Below, one piece after another: positions 13,664 to 27,540 of a stretch of 64,000 bases of DNA. Positions within the stretch are counted from its first letter, which is position 1; each line of letters opens with the position of its first letter. The translations under genes were made by a program, and so were the position numbers. The notes beneath the pieces were generated by a model, which did no database searches, was not told where the DNA came from, and saw only the letters and a list, made by a program, of their open reading frames with translations. Source of the DNA: Microthyrium microscopicum (lineage: Eukaryota); assembly GCA_010405405.1 (NCBI GenBank), contig MU004231.1:3032401-3096400 (forward strand), written 5' to 3'.

Positions 13664-13994
13664 GCGTCTTGATCCCAGCATTATTGACATTGTCACTGTA
13701 TATACAAACTGCGCATAGCATGGAGCTGATGAGACAATGAACAATTCGAAATCTACATCCATTTTGATGGGGCCTGTGAAGATGAGTATGCCCCGGAAAC
13801 GTTTATATATTACCGGTGATAATCTAGTCCAACATTCTAGTAATCAAACAAGGTATCGTACAGTTCTATGCTCTTTCTCGAGATTGCATACCGTGCTTGT
13901 GTGCTCATCATTTGATCTCGTCAAACGCTTTTGCAAAGTAGCGGTCATGCCGGATATAAACCAAGCAAGCTTTCCAACTCTAGTGTGCCACTAT

Positions 13995-15381
13995 TCATCT
14001 GAGGCTGTCTCTGTTACTTTGACTGCTAGAGCTTATCGGAGCAGTAGTGGGTAAAATCCCTTGTAGACCTTGCTTCGCCTTTTGTTGAGCTTTTGCTATG
14101 GCATAAACCACTCCGCTGGCGAACCCAACAAATATCGCTGATACACTGGGAATAGTGATTGGTGCATCAAAGAAAACTAGGCCTGAAATAGCGAGAGGCA
14201 GTTTGTTCAATGCGCCAACCATGGAGTACGTTGTAGATGACGTTACTCTAATGCACCAGGCTGTACAGTACGAAATGAAAATGGATGCGACTCCTGTGAA
14301 AATCATGGCAGAAATTATAGCTGATCGAGAAACAGCTGGAAAGTTCTTTGCAACGTTTACCGCAGACCAATCCTCGGCTATCAAAGAGGTAGCAAGTAGG
14401 ACCGGAATGGTCAGAAGGTTGTTGTAAAACATAGCTATATACTGTTAGCGTTGCCTGGAGGGTCAAGTGTGAATTTACTCACAGTCAAAGTCAGAGAAAT
14501 TAGTCACCTTAATACGCTTGCGCATGAGAAGGATATATGAAGCTTGAGCCAGACAGTTCCCGAACATCCACATGTAACCAGTATGAAGGGTAGCTAGCTG
14601 ATCATGAGCTTTCCCGGAGTTGCTATCGTTTGCATCGAGAGCGTGCTTGATATCGGCCCAGGCAGCAATGAGCGAAGAAAACACCATCAGTCCAAAAGAG
14701 AACAAGGTCATGGGAGTAATCGACGCTCCGAACCAGAGCACTTCTCCGTAGGCGATGACAATAATCGTCAAGTTTTTGAAGATGGTGTAAACAGGAATCG
14801 AAAGATACTTGAGGGCCTTGATTCCTGTGTAAATCACTACATTCTGTTAGTGAGAAGCTTGCGCTACAGTGACGCGTTGGAGCAAGCATTGACTGATAGA
14901 ACCTACTGGCGATGAGAAGTAATGATACCGGGTACCCTACAGAAACAGGTCAGCTGATGAATTGTTCAATTTTGAATCAGTCAGCTACATTTCTTAGCTT
15001 CAGAGACTTTGAAGTCCCGATAGCTGATCAGTTTGGCTGATTTACATATTTCAATAGCCGCGACGCATACAATAGCCTATGGTTTGGATCAGTGTGTGCT
15101 TCGTGCCAACGAATGAATTGGATGCTTCGTACCTGTACAGCCAAAAGGAAAAAAGTGAGATTGTAGTCTGGAAAAGAAACAATGTACTTGTTGGCGACAG
15201 TCATTAAGATAGACGCAGCGCAATAACTGAGGACAGGAAATATGGGCTTGTCGAGGGTGCTTCGCCAATCTGACGACGATGGCCTTGGTGGTGGCATAGA
15301 TCGGCTGTCGTCAACCTCAAATTGATCCATCCTTCCTTGCTCTTCATCCAACATCAACCTTTGCCTCTCTTCCTCCGACAT
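13995..15381 (-). CDS. VRG4: Golgi GDP-mannose transporter
   Basis: [69 protein letters not shown] (GALNK motif). Four introns. Confidence 0.95.
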
Positions 15382-16034
15382 GATGGAGCAGCAAAGCCTT
15401 TCTTCTACTCAACTTGCTGATGACAAGCTACCAAATGCTGAGCGCGTGGCTACCGTAGGCTAGGACTCAAAGCAAATGCGACCCACGCAGCAAGATACGT
15501 CGGAGCTGCTTCGAAGCTAGAAAACCCAATGTAGTAAAGACTCCTGCAACATGAAATGGCAGTTATTAATTACGAATGCTTGATGATGTGGTGGAATAGT
15601 AGATGTTGAAGTTCAAATTGGGTTCAGGGGTTGAAGATAATCGGCCGAAGCCCCCAAATAAAGCAATCCTTACAAGGCCCTCAAACACGTGACCTATATA
15701 TCGCTTCGATTTCCATTTCTTATTATGCGTCCCGTTTGATAGATTTATGAACATATTTTTCCTTGAGATAATAAAATATGAGTACATTGCCGAAAGCCGA
15801 CGCACTCGATAAAAAAGAAAGACGCAGATGGGGAGCATAGCGCTTGCTGGGAGCAGCAACGTGTCAGCCTTGCTAGCCTTGCGCTGGTTAAAAGTGACCA
15901 ATCGTATCTCACTTATGGTGCTCACTATCGTACCATCTGATTCTTAAGAATTTTGCCCTTCAACCTCCCACTCTGATCTTGCGTCTTCAGCTACAACACC
16001 ATAAATAATCCACATTGAAATCAAACCAAATATC

Positions 16035-16928
16035 ATGGGTAATGATGGAGGCTCGATTCCGAAAAGGGGCGAACTGGTCACCGAAGCAGCCAAAGACCCT
16101 ACCGCCGCTCAATTGAAAGAAACCATCCTCGAGAAGCAAGGCTATCTCTGGACCACCGACCCTCTCAAAAACGAAGCGCTTCGTCCGCCGATCGTATCGG
16201 ACTGCACCGGTAGACTGTACAACAAAGAGTCCATCCTTGAATTCCTCCTACCATCCGATGACCCAGATGCGCCCCACAAGAAAGCCGAGATGGAAAAGAT
16301 CCTTGGTGGGACAGTCAAGAGCTTGCGTGACATCGTAGAAGTCAAGTTCGAAGCCGATTCTCAAGACGGGAACAAGTGGATTTGTCCCATCACAGGGAAA
16401 CCACTGGGGCCTGCGAGTAAAGCTGTATACTTAGTGCCTTGCGGACACGCGTTTTCAGAATCAGTTGTCAAAGAGGTGACGGAAGAGAAGTGTCTGCAGT
16501 GCAATGAAGCATATGCACCGAATGACGCTATTGCGATTCTTCCAGTATCTGAAACTGAGAATGCGCGCTTAACATTGCGAATCAAGATTTTGAAGGAGAA
16601 AGGTCTGACGCATTCTTTAAAAAAGGCCGCTGGGGGCAAGAAACGGAAGAAGAACGTCGACATGGATGGCGAAAAAGTCCCTCAACTAGTCAAGACTGAT
16701 GATGCCAAAAATTCGAAGAAGGACAAGATGGCAATCAAGAACTCTAGCACCGCCTCACTAACGGCAAAGGTTCTGGAAGAACAAGAGGAACGTAACAAGA
16801 AGCGGAAAATGCAAAAGAACGACAACCTCACAAGCCTTTTCACTCCGAAGGAGCGGGCTCATAACGCCGGAAAGAAGAACGACTTCTTCACTCGAGGGTT
16901 TTCCATTCCAGGCCAAGGCAAAGGATGA
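16035..16928 (+). CDS. RTF2: Replication termination factor 2 family protein (Rtf2 RING-like)
   Basis: Family-typical start MGNDGGSIPKR, GRLYNKESILEFLL, WICPIT, VYLVPCGHAF, CLQC and a Lys-rich C-terminus. Single exon. Confidence 0.92.
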   Translation: MGNDGGSIPKRGELVTEAAKDPTAAQLKETILEKQGYLWTTDPLKNEALRPPIVSDCTGRLYNKESILEFLLPSDDPDAPHKKAEMEKILGGTVKSLRDIVEVKFEADSQDGNKWICPITGKPLGPASKAVYLVPCGHAFSESVVKEVTEEKCLQCNEAYAPNDAIAILPVSETENARLTLRIKILKEKGLTHSLKKAAGGKKRKKNVDMDGEKVPQLVKTDDAKNSKKDKMAIKNSSTASLTAKVLEEQEERNKKRKMQKNDNLTSLFTPKERAHNAGKKNDFFTRGFSIPGQGKG

Positions 16929-16954
16929 AATGCAGTCATATTGTCTAAAGTGTC

Positions 16955-18422
16955 CTAGTCTATCTTTGTTCGACCAAATACTTTGACTGAAGCATTCGGG
17001 CCTGTATGTTTTCGATGAAATGCTTTGATCAATCCAACTAAATGGGAGCTTGCCGCCACCAAAACAAGAAAGTGGAAAATTTGATGGGAAGAGAAGAACA
17101 GATCAAAGTTCCCCGGCCAGTATTTTTCTGGAGTACGAGCAGCATACAATAATGCACCAGATATATACGCCACTCCTTCGAGCAGCAGCCATTTCAATGA
17201 GATGTGTCTATCAAGTTCATGCAAGCCAAAGAGCCAGGCTCCGTGAAGGATCGGAAAAACCGCCGACATACCCATGCTTATGAACAAGCCCGCTCGGAAG
17301 GCGCGCCATTCCGGGGTTCTGAAAGACGGCGAAATGCTCGCATAGGCCGTTGCAAGGCCAATCGTTGTTATCTAGTATGCTGTTAGTCGAGTAGCTCCTT
17401 GGGTGTTTCTAAACTGCGATGGCTACCATCGCTTTTTCTCAAAAGACAATATACTCTATTGCCCATTGAAGCTGGATTAATAAGCATGTTGGCTTTGTAG
17501 ACAACGATGGCAGTTAGATATGCTATGGGATGACGACAATCGTTGTCTGCTGAATAGTAGATATGGGTTGGATATATCTTACCATTGTCCAATATACTTT
17601 GATCAAGTCAGTCCTTTCTTGAAACCCATACAGAATGCTTGGGATGAATGAACCCCAAATCAACAAAACAATGCCCAGGTAGTCCAACTGATTTCCGAAC
17701 TTAGCGATGGGATCGGAGTGATTTGAGAAGAGGTGAAAGAGTCCACTGAAGGACAGGCAACCGATGGCACCTATCATTTGTCAATATAGGACTCAGTTAT
17801 CCGATGGAATAGAAGCCATCAAGCCATCAAGCCAGTTTGAAATATTTTAATATAATCGAGACAGTGTCAAAGCTTGCAGGCGGGACGTCTCTCTTTCGGG
17901 AGCTCTCACCAAGAAAGAAGCAGCTCATAGCGACTAGATCTTCCTTGGAAGCTGTCTTGTACTCCTTAGATCTGAAATGTCGACGAACCACTGGCGCCAA
18001 AAGAGCAAATATGATTGCGCCTCCCAGGTGAGAATAGACATTGACAGATTCATTGTGTAGGTAGAAAAGGCTATGCGAGTAAGCGACTGCACATTTTGTT
18101 ATCTTTATTGATTCACCTCCGGAAAGATTCTAGGTATGAATCTGACTGAGGACGGTATCCGCTTAGAATTGCCGGATTGTCTAAGTCTGTCAGTATAAAA
18201 TATGACATCTCGCAGTCTTTGGTAGTAGATATAATGCCGCCCTGATACTCAATGGCTGCTCGCTAGAGTAGGATAGCATCGGGCAATATATTACACAGCG
18301 CTCGAATCCAAATGATTGTTGGAAACTCTACCTCTTTGCCAATGCTCTATTTCCTCATAAATGACGACGAACTCTCCCCATTCGACCTTCAAAGTTTCCC
18401 TTACTTCTTTCCAGCCAAACAT
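16955..18422 (-). CDS. PAQR/hemolysin-III family membrane protein (IZH-like)
   Basis: Spliced reading MFGWKE...HWQRDNPAILSGYRP...LHNESVNVYSH...SGLFHLFSNHS...NQLDYLGI...PEKYWPGNFDLFFSSHQIFH gives all three PAQR motifs. Four introns. Start at ATG 18422 inferred (in-frame stop upstream). Confidence 0.9.
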
Positions 18423-18709
18423 TCTGACACGTTGTCAATTTCTATATCATGGTTCCATGCTCTTGAGTCTCGACTGCCAAATGCTTCGTGGTTGTAGGAA
18501 GGTGAAGTGGTAATGGTGAAAGTAGCGGATCCCGAGGGTATTTCAAGCACGGCTTCCAACTTCACATGTCAACCACCAACGACTTCCATCACCAAATACG
18601 ATTCGGACTATTTTAACTTATCAGTCGCTTGCAAGTCCAACACTTGCCTTCAATGCTCTAACAGAAGCAATCTTATCTCCTGTCGATCGATCAATCGATT
18701 CGTGATCCA

Positions 18710-19866
18710 ATGCGCACCTTTGGTCAACCTCCCAACAGTGCCTCAGATCGACCAGTTCATGATGAGCGGAAACCATCATGGACTTCTCGTCGGGGTCCAT
18801 CGGGAAGTTCTTGGAGTCGGCTACGACCAGCGCCTATCTTGAAGGAACCACTCGCGGAGTTTGGGTTCGTCTCTAAGGGTGAAACACGGTAAATCAAGCT
18901 CCCGCTCAACATCAAGTACTCTACGAAGCACGGAATATAGCTAACTGCCCCGCAAGACTCCTAAACTTCAAGAATCAAGAAAGCTACTTCCGCACAATCT
19001 TCGAACGCTACATGCAATTCTGCCACACCTCCCGCGCAGACCTCGCCCACGAATTCGAAAAACTCGCCCTCACAACCACACCAGCCCCCTCGCGTATCGC
19101 CATAGCGGCAGCAGCCCACCATGCCTCCTCCTCCACATCCTCGTCACGAGCACCATCATCAACCCAAGATCGCCCAACAATAGCGAGTGATGCTGCAACA
19201 ACAGAGCCACCCGCTCCACCACCCTCCTCAACGCCGTCCCCCGAACTGACCCTAATACAAACCGCCATGCGCAAACTCCGCGAAGCAATCCTCGCCTCCC
19301 AGCGCACCGACGACTTTGCGCGCACAACATACCTCTTCATTGCGCGCGCATCCATCCTCTTCCGTTCCTGGGAAGCTTACGTGCCCGCCCTGACACATCT
19401 GATAACGCACCACCATCCGTCCCTGCAAACGGTCAATTCGCCACAAACAAACTCCCCTTTGAGCTCTTCGGAGCTGCAATCGATATCAACATATCAGATC
19501 CTCGACCTAGCTTGCCGGCAACGAGACTTGATGGGCGCCTACACATTACGAGCTGAGAGGAGATTGAAGAACGAACATGTAGATGCTGTGCTGAGGGCGC
19601 TAGTGAGGGATGAATGGGGCGCGTTTTGGAAAGCTGGAGAACGGGTGGATGGGTATGTGAGGGCCGTCATGGCTTGGGCGGAAGAGGGTGTACGCGTGCA
19701 TGCGTTGAAGTGTGTGGCGCGGACGTATTTTGTGGTGGAGAGGGAGTACGTTGAAAAATGTGCAGGAAGGAGTTGGGAGGCATTGGTGGAAGAGGGAGTT
19801 GGCTGGGAGTTGGAGACTGTCGGGGGAAAGGAGATGGTGGTTGTTAGACGAGCAAAGGCGAAGTAA
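18710..19866 (+). CDS. Conserved fungal protein, probable CSN8/PSMD8/eIF3K (PCI-like) domain
   Basis: Exon 1 (..SKGETR) splices via intron ~18889-18956 into LLNFKNQESYFRTIFERYMQFC. Later motifs MRKLREAI and HALKCVARTYF..W..L...GVGWEL resemble a PCI/winged-helix end. Domain call from memory. Confidence 0.7.
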
Positions 19867-20394
19867 ATGGAGTAGTGGCTGATGAACGAATACGGATTCA
19901 GAAAAAGAAGGATTGAAGATTTATGAGAGGAACACGGCATAATGAGGTATGATATCATGATAAAGAAGTAATGAGCAAAGTTATAGATCAATTCTAATGT
20001 CTATATTCACCACCATCAGACTCAAGAGTCTTGAAACTCTCTGGATATCACCCAAGCCTGACGAGAAATACGCTTTATTTTTCTTTCATAGTTATGATCA
20101 GAATGGAAACCAGATCAGTAGCATTGAAACAACAATGACATAAATCAAAATACCAGCAAGGAGCGACCGAGAAATGAGAAGAAAACGAGCGTGGAAGAGA
20201 GACGCAAACAATCAATGAAGACCTGTCAATATTCTTTTTCCACGACCCCATCCATCTCCAAATCCAGCGTACTCCAATAAAGCAAGCGCTCAACACGTCC
20301 TTATGCAATGTCACACGTCTATGTCCGAACATCCAGCAAGAATTGTACTGATGTTCGTGTTCTCCAATTCCAAATGCTCCATAAACTCGTACTA

Positions 20395-22927
20395 TCATGC
20401 AGCCGTAGCACTAGCCTTCTCCTCGATAGGCGCATCCTTCTCTTCCGAAGTAACAGGTTCTATTGCTTTCTCAATTTTCGTTTCCGGTTCTGACTCGACA
20501 GGTGTGTCTTCAGCTTTAACCGACTTCTCTGGTTCGGCAGATTTGGTTGGCTCAGTCTTGTTGCCTTTAGTTGGAACAGAAACACTTCCATCCTCATTGA
20601 TTTCCCAGATTGTCACGGCGCTGACAAAAGAAACCTTTGGAGCTGAACGAGGTTGTTCACTAACCGCACCAGCTGGCGATGAGGAAGCGCCAGGTTTTCT
20701 TCTAGACGGACCACGAGCGCGACCTTTCCGAGCGTCCACAAGTGGAGCCTTTTCTTCCTTCTCCTCCTCTTCTTCTTGAGGCTTGGGTACAGCTTGTGGT
20801 CCAGTCTTGAGGCGACTTTCAAGGTCCGTCATAAAAGCTCCACGTAGAGCCGAGATCTTGCTACCAACAGGTCTTGATGGAACAGGTGGCTTCGTCTTAG
20901 GAAACGTCATCTCTTCCTCTGATGTTCTAGATTTAGCACCAGGGCGAACAGGCACTTGAGGTTTTGGTCGTTCAGGAATCGATGGAACACATTTTACTTC
21001 AGTCGGCGACGACTCTTGATCCGGGTTTGACTGATTTTGTTGTTCATGTGACAGCTCGGTTGTATACATGAGAGAATCTGGAGTATCTTCCCAGGTATCT
21101 TGACTTGGGAATCGATGTCTGACCGAAGGACGACCGAGCTTCTTTTCAGACATGATATCCTTATTGAACCCAGTTTTCATTTCCGCTGAAGGTGGTGCCA
21201 ATCTCTGATGCCGGGCCTTCTCAGCCTCCACGCCCTCGAAGATTTCACTCGGTTCGTGTTCAGCTTCTGGTCGAGAGAACTCTTCTATTTGAGGTGTACC
21301 AACGGTCGTTTGGTACTGCATACTTTCAGGAACATCTTCCCAGATATCTTTGCTGGGAAAATGGTGTCTAGGGCCATGTTCTTCTGCTGTTGAGGCTGGT
21401 CTTTTGACTTTGTTATCATCTTCCGGGAACAGTGGTTCATATTCCTTGACATCATCAAGAGGAGTGTTTTCTCGTTCCAAGGGGCTCATTAGACTTCGAT
21501 TGAATTGCTGAGCAGTCGATTGCTGAATACTATTCGATCGACTGTGTGGGCGCGATGGTCCGTCTGGAAGCCAACTTGAACGGCGAGATTCATCAAATTC
21601 GACAGCAGGTGTCATAAATTGACCTTCAGGTCGTTTTGCGACTTCATCTTCGGCCAAAATCGGATGATCAGACTCCTCATGTCTTCCAGCTCCAGAATGA
21701 TGATCTTCCTCGGTTGGTGCGTCAACATGAATGACTTCGTCATTGTCATCAGTATCGCCCCTGCTGAGCTCTGGTCTTTGGGTCTTGGGAAGGCTCATTT
21801 TACGAAGAGGTGACTCGGCATATGTTTGCGAATGTCTTTTATTGGCTGAAGCTGGTCGGGGTGAAGATATGCGATGTGCATATTCATCACTGGCCAAGTA
21901 GCCAATTTCTTCATCCGGAGTGCTGACATTTTGATGAAGATCCTCTAGTAAATTGTTAGTACAACGCAATTGTCTTCCCTCGACTCTACTCACCTAGGCT
22001 GTCGTTTGTATGAACCAGCTTATTGAGCTCAGCACTACTCAAATTGTATTCCTTGCGTTCCATTGGTATTTTAGGACCGTATTCTCCAGCTGCTTCACGA
22101 GCATGAGCCTCTGGATGTTTTTGATACCAGGCCTTTTCGAAAGGATCAACATGATTGACTAGGCCATGGCCATGAAGACCATAGCTACCAGGTGGACCAC
22201 GGAAAACCTCGCGACCACTCTTAGTCCGGTAATGATTTCGCGACTCTATGGGAATATTGGTGCTGGCTGGTTTCGAGGGAACAGCTGATGGTCCTGGAGT
22301 GGGAGCTTGTACATCACCAGCCATACCAAGCAAAGGAACCTGTAAACCGATTTCCGGAATACCCTGCTCGTCCAGTTCTTCGGTTGTGTAGACGCTCGCG
22401 GGACGCGAGCGCTGTTGTTGTGACGAACTTGAGCGTGAAAGCTCGTGGGCTAAGTTGGAATGAGCATGATGGCTGCCACTTTCACTAGCAGGCTTCCCAA
22501 TCCCGACAGCAGCTGCAGAGTTGGAATCGGTGCGGGTCACAGCAGAAATACGCGATTTTGCAGTCGAGACAGGGAGGGAAGCTGTAGGAGCATGAAGTGG
22601 AAGATCTCCTGCTACAGTTTTGGTCTGTTCTGGTCGACCATTGTCACTCGGAGTTTGAGTGGCAGCATATTCAGAGCCTTCTTGGCCAATTGAAGGGAGA
22701 GAAACGCTTGGTGGACGTTCGGGAATGTCTCGAGAAACACTTCTGCTCAGTGAAGAGGGTTGGTTGGATTTGGCATTGTGAAGGAAGGCAGGATCGTTAA
22801 GTGGAGAGCGAGCATAGCTATCGCGGCCTGGAGAAACGGAGCGATTAGAGGAAGGACGGGGAGGAATGAGCGGAATGTCAATGTTCTTGGTGCGAGCAGG
22901 TCGAGCAGGAATAACAGGTTGCGCCAT
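20395..22927 (-). CDS. AIM21: Aim21-family actin-patch/capping-protein regulator
   Basis: Pro-rich PxxP N-terminus, two H(H/R)FPS.D.WED.P repeats, KISALRGAFMTDLESRLKTGP and LVDARKGRARGPSRRKP. One intron ~21945-21991. Start MAQPVIPARP at 22927. Confidence 0.8.
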
Positions 22928-25900
22928 GATGAAAATAGCAAAGCAAGTTTCAGAGAAGGGAGGTTTGTGATTTGGGAGATTGAAGATATCAAAAATGTAG
23001 AGCGAGGCTTCTCGTGCAAAGATGAAGCAGGAGTAAGAAATGAAGATTTGTAGGTGGGACAAGGGCTTTTGGTTGGTGTTCTGCAGAGGCTGGAGGCAGG
23101 TGGGATAAAAAGGCTGAGATTGGGGAGAGAGGGCAGGAGCTTTCGAGAATCGACACTCGTGCCTTCCCTGACTTCCTTCAACCTTGGGCAAGAAGGAACA
23201 TGTGGAACCCATGCACGTTCGTTCCTTCTTCCGACAGACGACAATCGTGAAAGCTCTTTCTTCAAGCGTGTTCAACCGTCGTTCATTCTTTCCTTTTTTT
23301 ACCCTTCAGGTACTGCCTTCTTACCTTCCCATGCAAGGGGTAGGAACCAAACACTCAACATCTACTGTATCTCATATTCTTAAGGACTTGGAGATACTCT
23401 TTTCATGATATGATGTTGAGTATAGACACCATGTTTGAACTTCCAAACCAGCGACACCAATCATTATGAAGTGACAGGAACACAGCCCTTGTATTCCATG
23501 TTTAGACTGTTGGATATTGTCGATCACTTTGATGCTGTCTGTCAAGTGTCAAGCTTGAAGCCTTCCTCGCCTTGCATCGCTCTCAGCAACCTGTACATCA
23601 TACTTTAATCTCTGGTCCTCGACACTATTTCTATACCAGTTCCAACTTCTACCACTTCAAGTTCAAGATCTGTAAACCTGCCGGATAATAACCCCTCTGA
23701 CCGCATTTTTGATCGTTTCACCGTGCCCATCTGGGTTTTTGCCATTGGATCATGACGATGCCTGTACAGAACCATCCCTGTTAGTATTAATGGCTATTGC
23801 CCCTCCTCATCGCATTCATCGTTGTCCTTGGTGGCTGTACCGCCAACGCTGCTGCTTGCGTACTTTAATCCCTGAAAAAGACCTTCAATACTTTCTCGTT
23901 AATCCTTTCTCGACCATCTTTAGTGACAGAATAATCCCGCAAGCTAAGTGCGTTTGAAAATCACTCATTGCCTCTAACAAAGTCACCAGGAAAGTCAAAC
24001 TTTGTTAATCTCCATTCCAAGGCCTGGACTGTACGTCCACGGCGTCCACCTGAGCCTCCACGTCCTTACCCCACCAGGTCCGGGAGCTTGCAACTTGGGT
24101 CCTGCATTTGCAACAAAACTTAGAGTACCAACAATCAACAACATCTCCTGTTCTAACATCTTGATATCCAAAAGAATCCTTCCATTCCTCCTCTTCATGC
24201 TCAAGCCTAGGAGCCAACTCACTCCAATATCAAAATGAGAAAACCACATCGCCCTGCCCAGCTGCCAATTTTCTGACATATCTCGGCAACGAGGGACAAT
24301 TCCCCTCCAGCACCCCAACCTGCATAAAAATTTCTGCTCAAATACGCACCACGCAATTGGCCCACTGACCAGATCACGATTTAGCCCAATCCAACGTCAT
24401 GCCGCACAGTTTGCGCAATTTTCATGTCCTTGTTTCCCAGATGCGTGGTTCGGCTTGCCCGTCACTTTTCCGTCTTCCCGAAGATTCAAGAATGAAAGTC
24501 TCTTCACTCTTCAATCTACCGTTAAACCCGTATCCTACAGTACAGCCTGATGATATTGTCTCCCTTTTTGCGCTGTTTTCTTTGTCCAGAAAGAAAATAT
24601 CTCACTCAATATATTCCAGTCCCAACCCCCCATCAAGAATTAGTCTATCCTCAGCTGCGTCTAATCAATCGAACCCCCGTGGTCTGTATAACTATTTGCA
24701 TCGCGCGTGACAACCTACACCTCCTCACACACGGGTGGGCTATTTGCCCTCGTGCACAAGCACAAATCATCGTCATGTTGTTTAAACCCCAGAAAAAGGC
24801 GACTCCACACATCAAGAACGTACGAGAGATGTCTGGCTTTATGCAGCTAAGGAATATCGCGCCTAAACTACCAAGCCTGCCATGCTGCTTTGCCGTGCCT
24901 TGATGGTCTGCCCGCTTTTTCTGGGGTAACTTTTCCTTGGCCAATCGACTTATGATGGCATTTCTGGAGAATCGTCATCAATCGTGAAGATGGATTTATT
25001 GTGCATGTCGCGTGGTAGGTTTTGGAGTGGCGGTGTGGTGCGGCTTTTTGATGGTGTATGGTTTGAATTCCCATCAGATGTGTACTAGAGTAAGTACTGC
25101 TTTGTATAGCTTTTCGTTCGTGAGGAGAATGGTCCTGATCGTACATTCAAAACCAAAGTCTTGGGACCTCACGATCGACTGTAAAACTGCAAAACTCCAT
25201 CTCCAAGCTTAAACCCATGCACACGACGATCTAGCATTCAACAATTCGTTTCCGGTATACAACGCCGGATACCGTAATATCAGATCGTCACGTCGGATGA
25301 TGTACCCATCTACCGGTACTTGAACGCAGTTCCTGACGATTGCTAGAAAGATCGACAGATCAAGATCTTCAAATTGCGTCAAGTGTATCCACAACGAACG
25401 ACGCAATTGTAACATGTAAGTGGCGCTGACGATATATTTGACTAAAAGCTTCCGATTCTTTGTTTTTGTATCAGATTTACGGTCGCATGGAATTGCCTTT
25501 GTTGTGCAAATGACATATGGTCCCTGGAAGCAGATCACGGTCCGATCTCAACGTAATGATGCATGCCTTTTGTTGAATTCGATGTTCGAGGTTTCTGTCG
25601 AATGCTATTCTGGAATGGTCGAATAGGAGAAGTAGTGGCATTGTTCCTCTCGCTGCGATCGTAGGCTGTGATGGTTCGTCCATCATACCTGCTGTGCCTG
25701 CCATACACATACAGCTTTCTTTGTTTAAGGTCAACACAATCTGCACGATAATCGATAGCGAAAGATCAAAGTGCAACAGTAGTTCATTACTGTCTGCTCA
25801 TGCCAGTACATCAAGGCCTGAAGCCCAAACCGCGCAAGAAAAACACAGCCGTGAGACATAAAAACCCCCTTTTTCCTACAGCAATAGTGGTAGCACACAT

Positions 25901-26183
25901 GATGAGTATTCCTAACCCATAAAAAACAAGCTGCAAAAATGGAACACCCTATGGTCAAACGCCAGCGCCCACGCAACGCATAACAAATCCTATGATAAAA
26001 CCCAAAGCAATGCCAATCAAAAGATGACTGTCCCCAGCAAGTTCGAACCACATCAACAACACAGCCAACGCAATCCGCTGGTGAAACCAAGACCACAAAA
26101 TCGTCTTTCGCTTTCCCATCTCAGGTCATAAGTATCTTTGCTCTTGTTTCGCAGTTACAAGATCATGATCTACACGATCATGC

Positions 26184-26978
26184 TTATACGATCATCTGCG
26201 CAACTCCCTGTCCACCCAGCGTCTTACTGCTCATAAACTCATCCTTGCGCAGCGCCGCAACACCATACAGTGCTCCCGTAATGAACAGAAATATGGCCGC
26301 AGCAATCAAGCTGGATTGGTGGAAGATGAGGGAAAGCCATTGTACTACACTAAGTACAATGTAGATTCCCGCGCGCATGTAATTTGTGCTGAATCTGCGG
26401 ATTATGCCGTCGAATTTTTGGCTGGTTGGGCAGATGCGGAGAAGGAGAGGGACTTCGATGAAGAGGACCATGAAGGATGTTGCGCTACGGAAGGAGATAT
26501 ATGTTAGCTTGGTGGAGGTGTTGGATGTGGTACGAATGTTTCTGGTTGGTTTGGGGGCTGGATATGGGGATGGAGTATGAAGACATACAGGCATAGCGCA
26601 GCGAAGATGACGAGGAGTGGTCGGATGATGATGATTACGTTGGCGAGGCCTACTGCGAAGCAGAGGATCATGGTGATGATACCGGACCTAGGTGGAAAGT
26701 GTCAGCCTGGTTGTTCTATAAGCTATTGTCGGATGCGTTTGAAGGTCCGGAAATGAGGGAGATGAGCTATAAGACTTTGGAGGATTGCGGTTATGATCGA
26801 TGGGAGGTTTCGAGGTCCATGGAGACAACTTGAATGTTTGCAAGAGCTATACATGTTGCAAAAAAGGTAAACTGACCATTGTGCATAGATGCCTATTGAC
26901 AGGTTAGCTTGATCTAATGCATGGTCGAGAATGGGACATACTCCAATTGCGAGTCCTGAACTCGTCGGCGATTGTCAT
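26184..26978 (-). CDS. TVP18: Golgi membrane protein Tvp18
   Basis: Spliced MTIADEFRTRNWSIYAQWSG...FIEVPLLLRICPTS...SKTLGGQGVAQMIV*. Four exons including a 16-nt exon at 26877-26892. Confidence 0.93.
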
Positions 26979-27540
26979 TGTGAGAAGAGAGATGAGATAT
27001 AATGGGCAATGCGATTGAGGTAATCTAGAGAGTTAAAGTAGATGTCAACAGTAGAGCGAGGTTGGGAAAAGTGTCTTGATGTTGCTGATGGACAGGTTAG
27101 ACTAGTGGCAGATGTTGCAGCTGAAATGGAAGAGGCTTGGCACTCTGGACCCTACCTTCTGGCGAAAAATAGCCCTGTTCACTTTGCGACGATTTCTGAC
27201 ACTTTGCGACTGCTCAGATGTTTGTTATTCGCCCGTTGCTTCTTCACTGCTCTGAATTACTTCGAAGAAATGATCAAAAGGTCTGGCTCTAGGCGGCGAT
27301 GGAATCCCTTCTTGATTAGATCCTGCGCTTTACCTCAGATCCAAGTGATGCCAGCTCAATCCAAAGACTGCCGCGTCAGCAAATCACACCATACATTTCG
27401 TCCCAAGCACAATACATGCGGCTGCTATGGTTCGGAAGCTGCAGCCTTGTGTCAGATTGATCTAAATTCCAATCCAGGCTGCCGCGTGCGTTTGTATCGT
27501 GCATTAGCGGGCGTACTAGGGTGTCTGGAGCGGTTCTGGT

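Noticed and set aside
22928..23275. In-frame N-terminal extension of AIM21 in the ORF track (TTG 23275, ATG 23212)
   Set aside because: Sequence is CT-rich promoter/5'UTR-like and the translation is not protein-like. ATG 22927 has good context and starts the Pro-rich region.
23400..26100. Many 60-120-aa ORFs, a CxxC-like stretch near 25370 and a C/D-box-like stretch near 25290-25340
   Set aside because: No coherent gene model. The C box is imperfect and the span is too short for a snoRNA.
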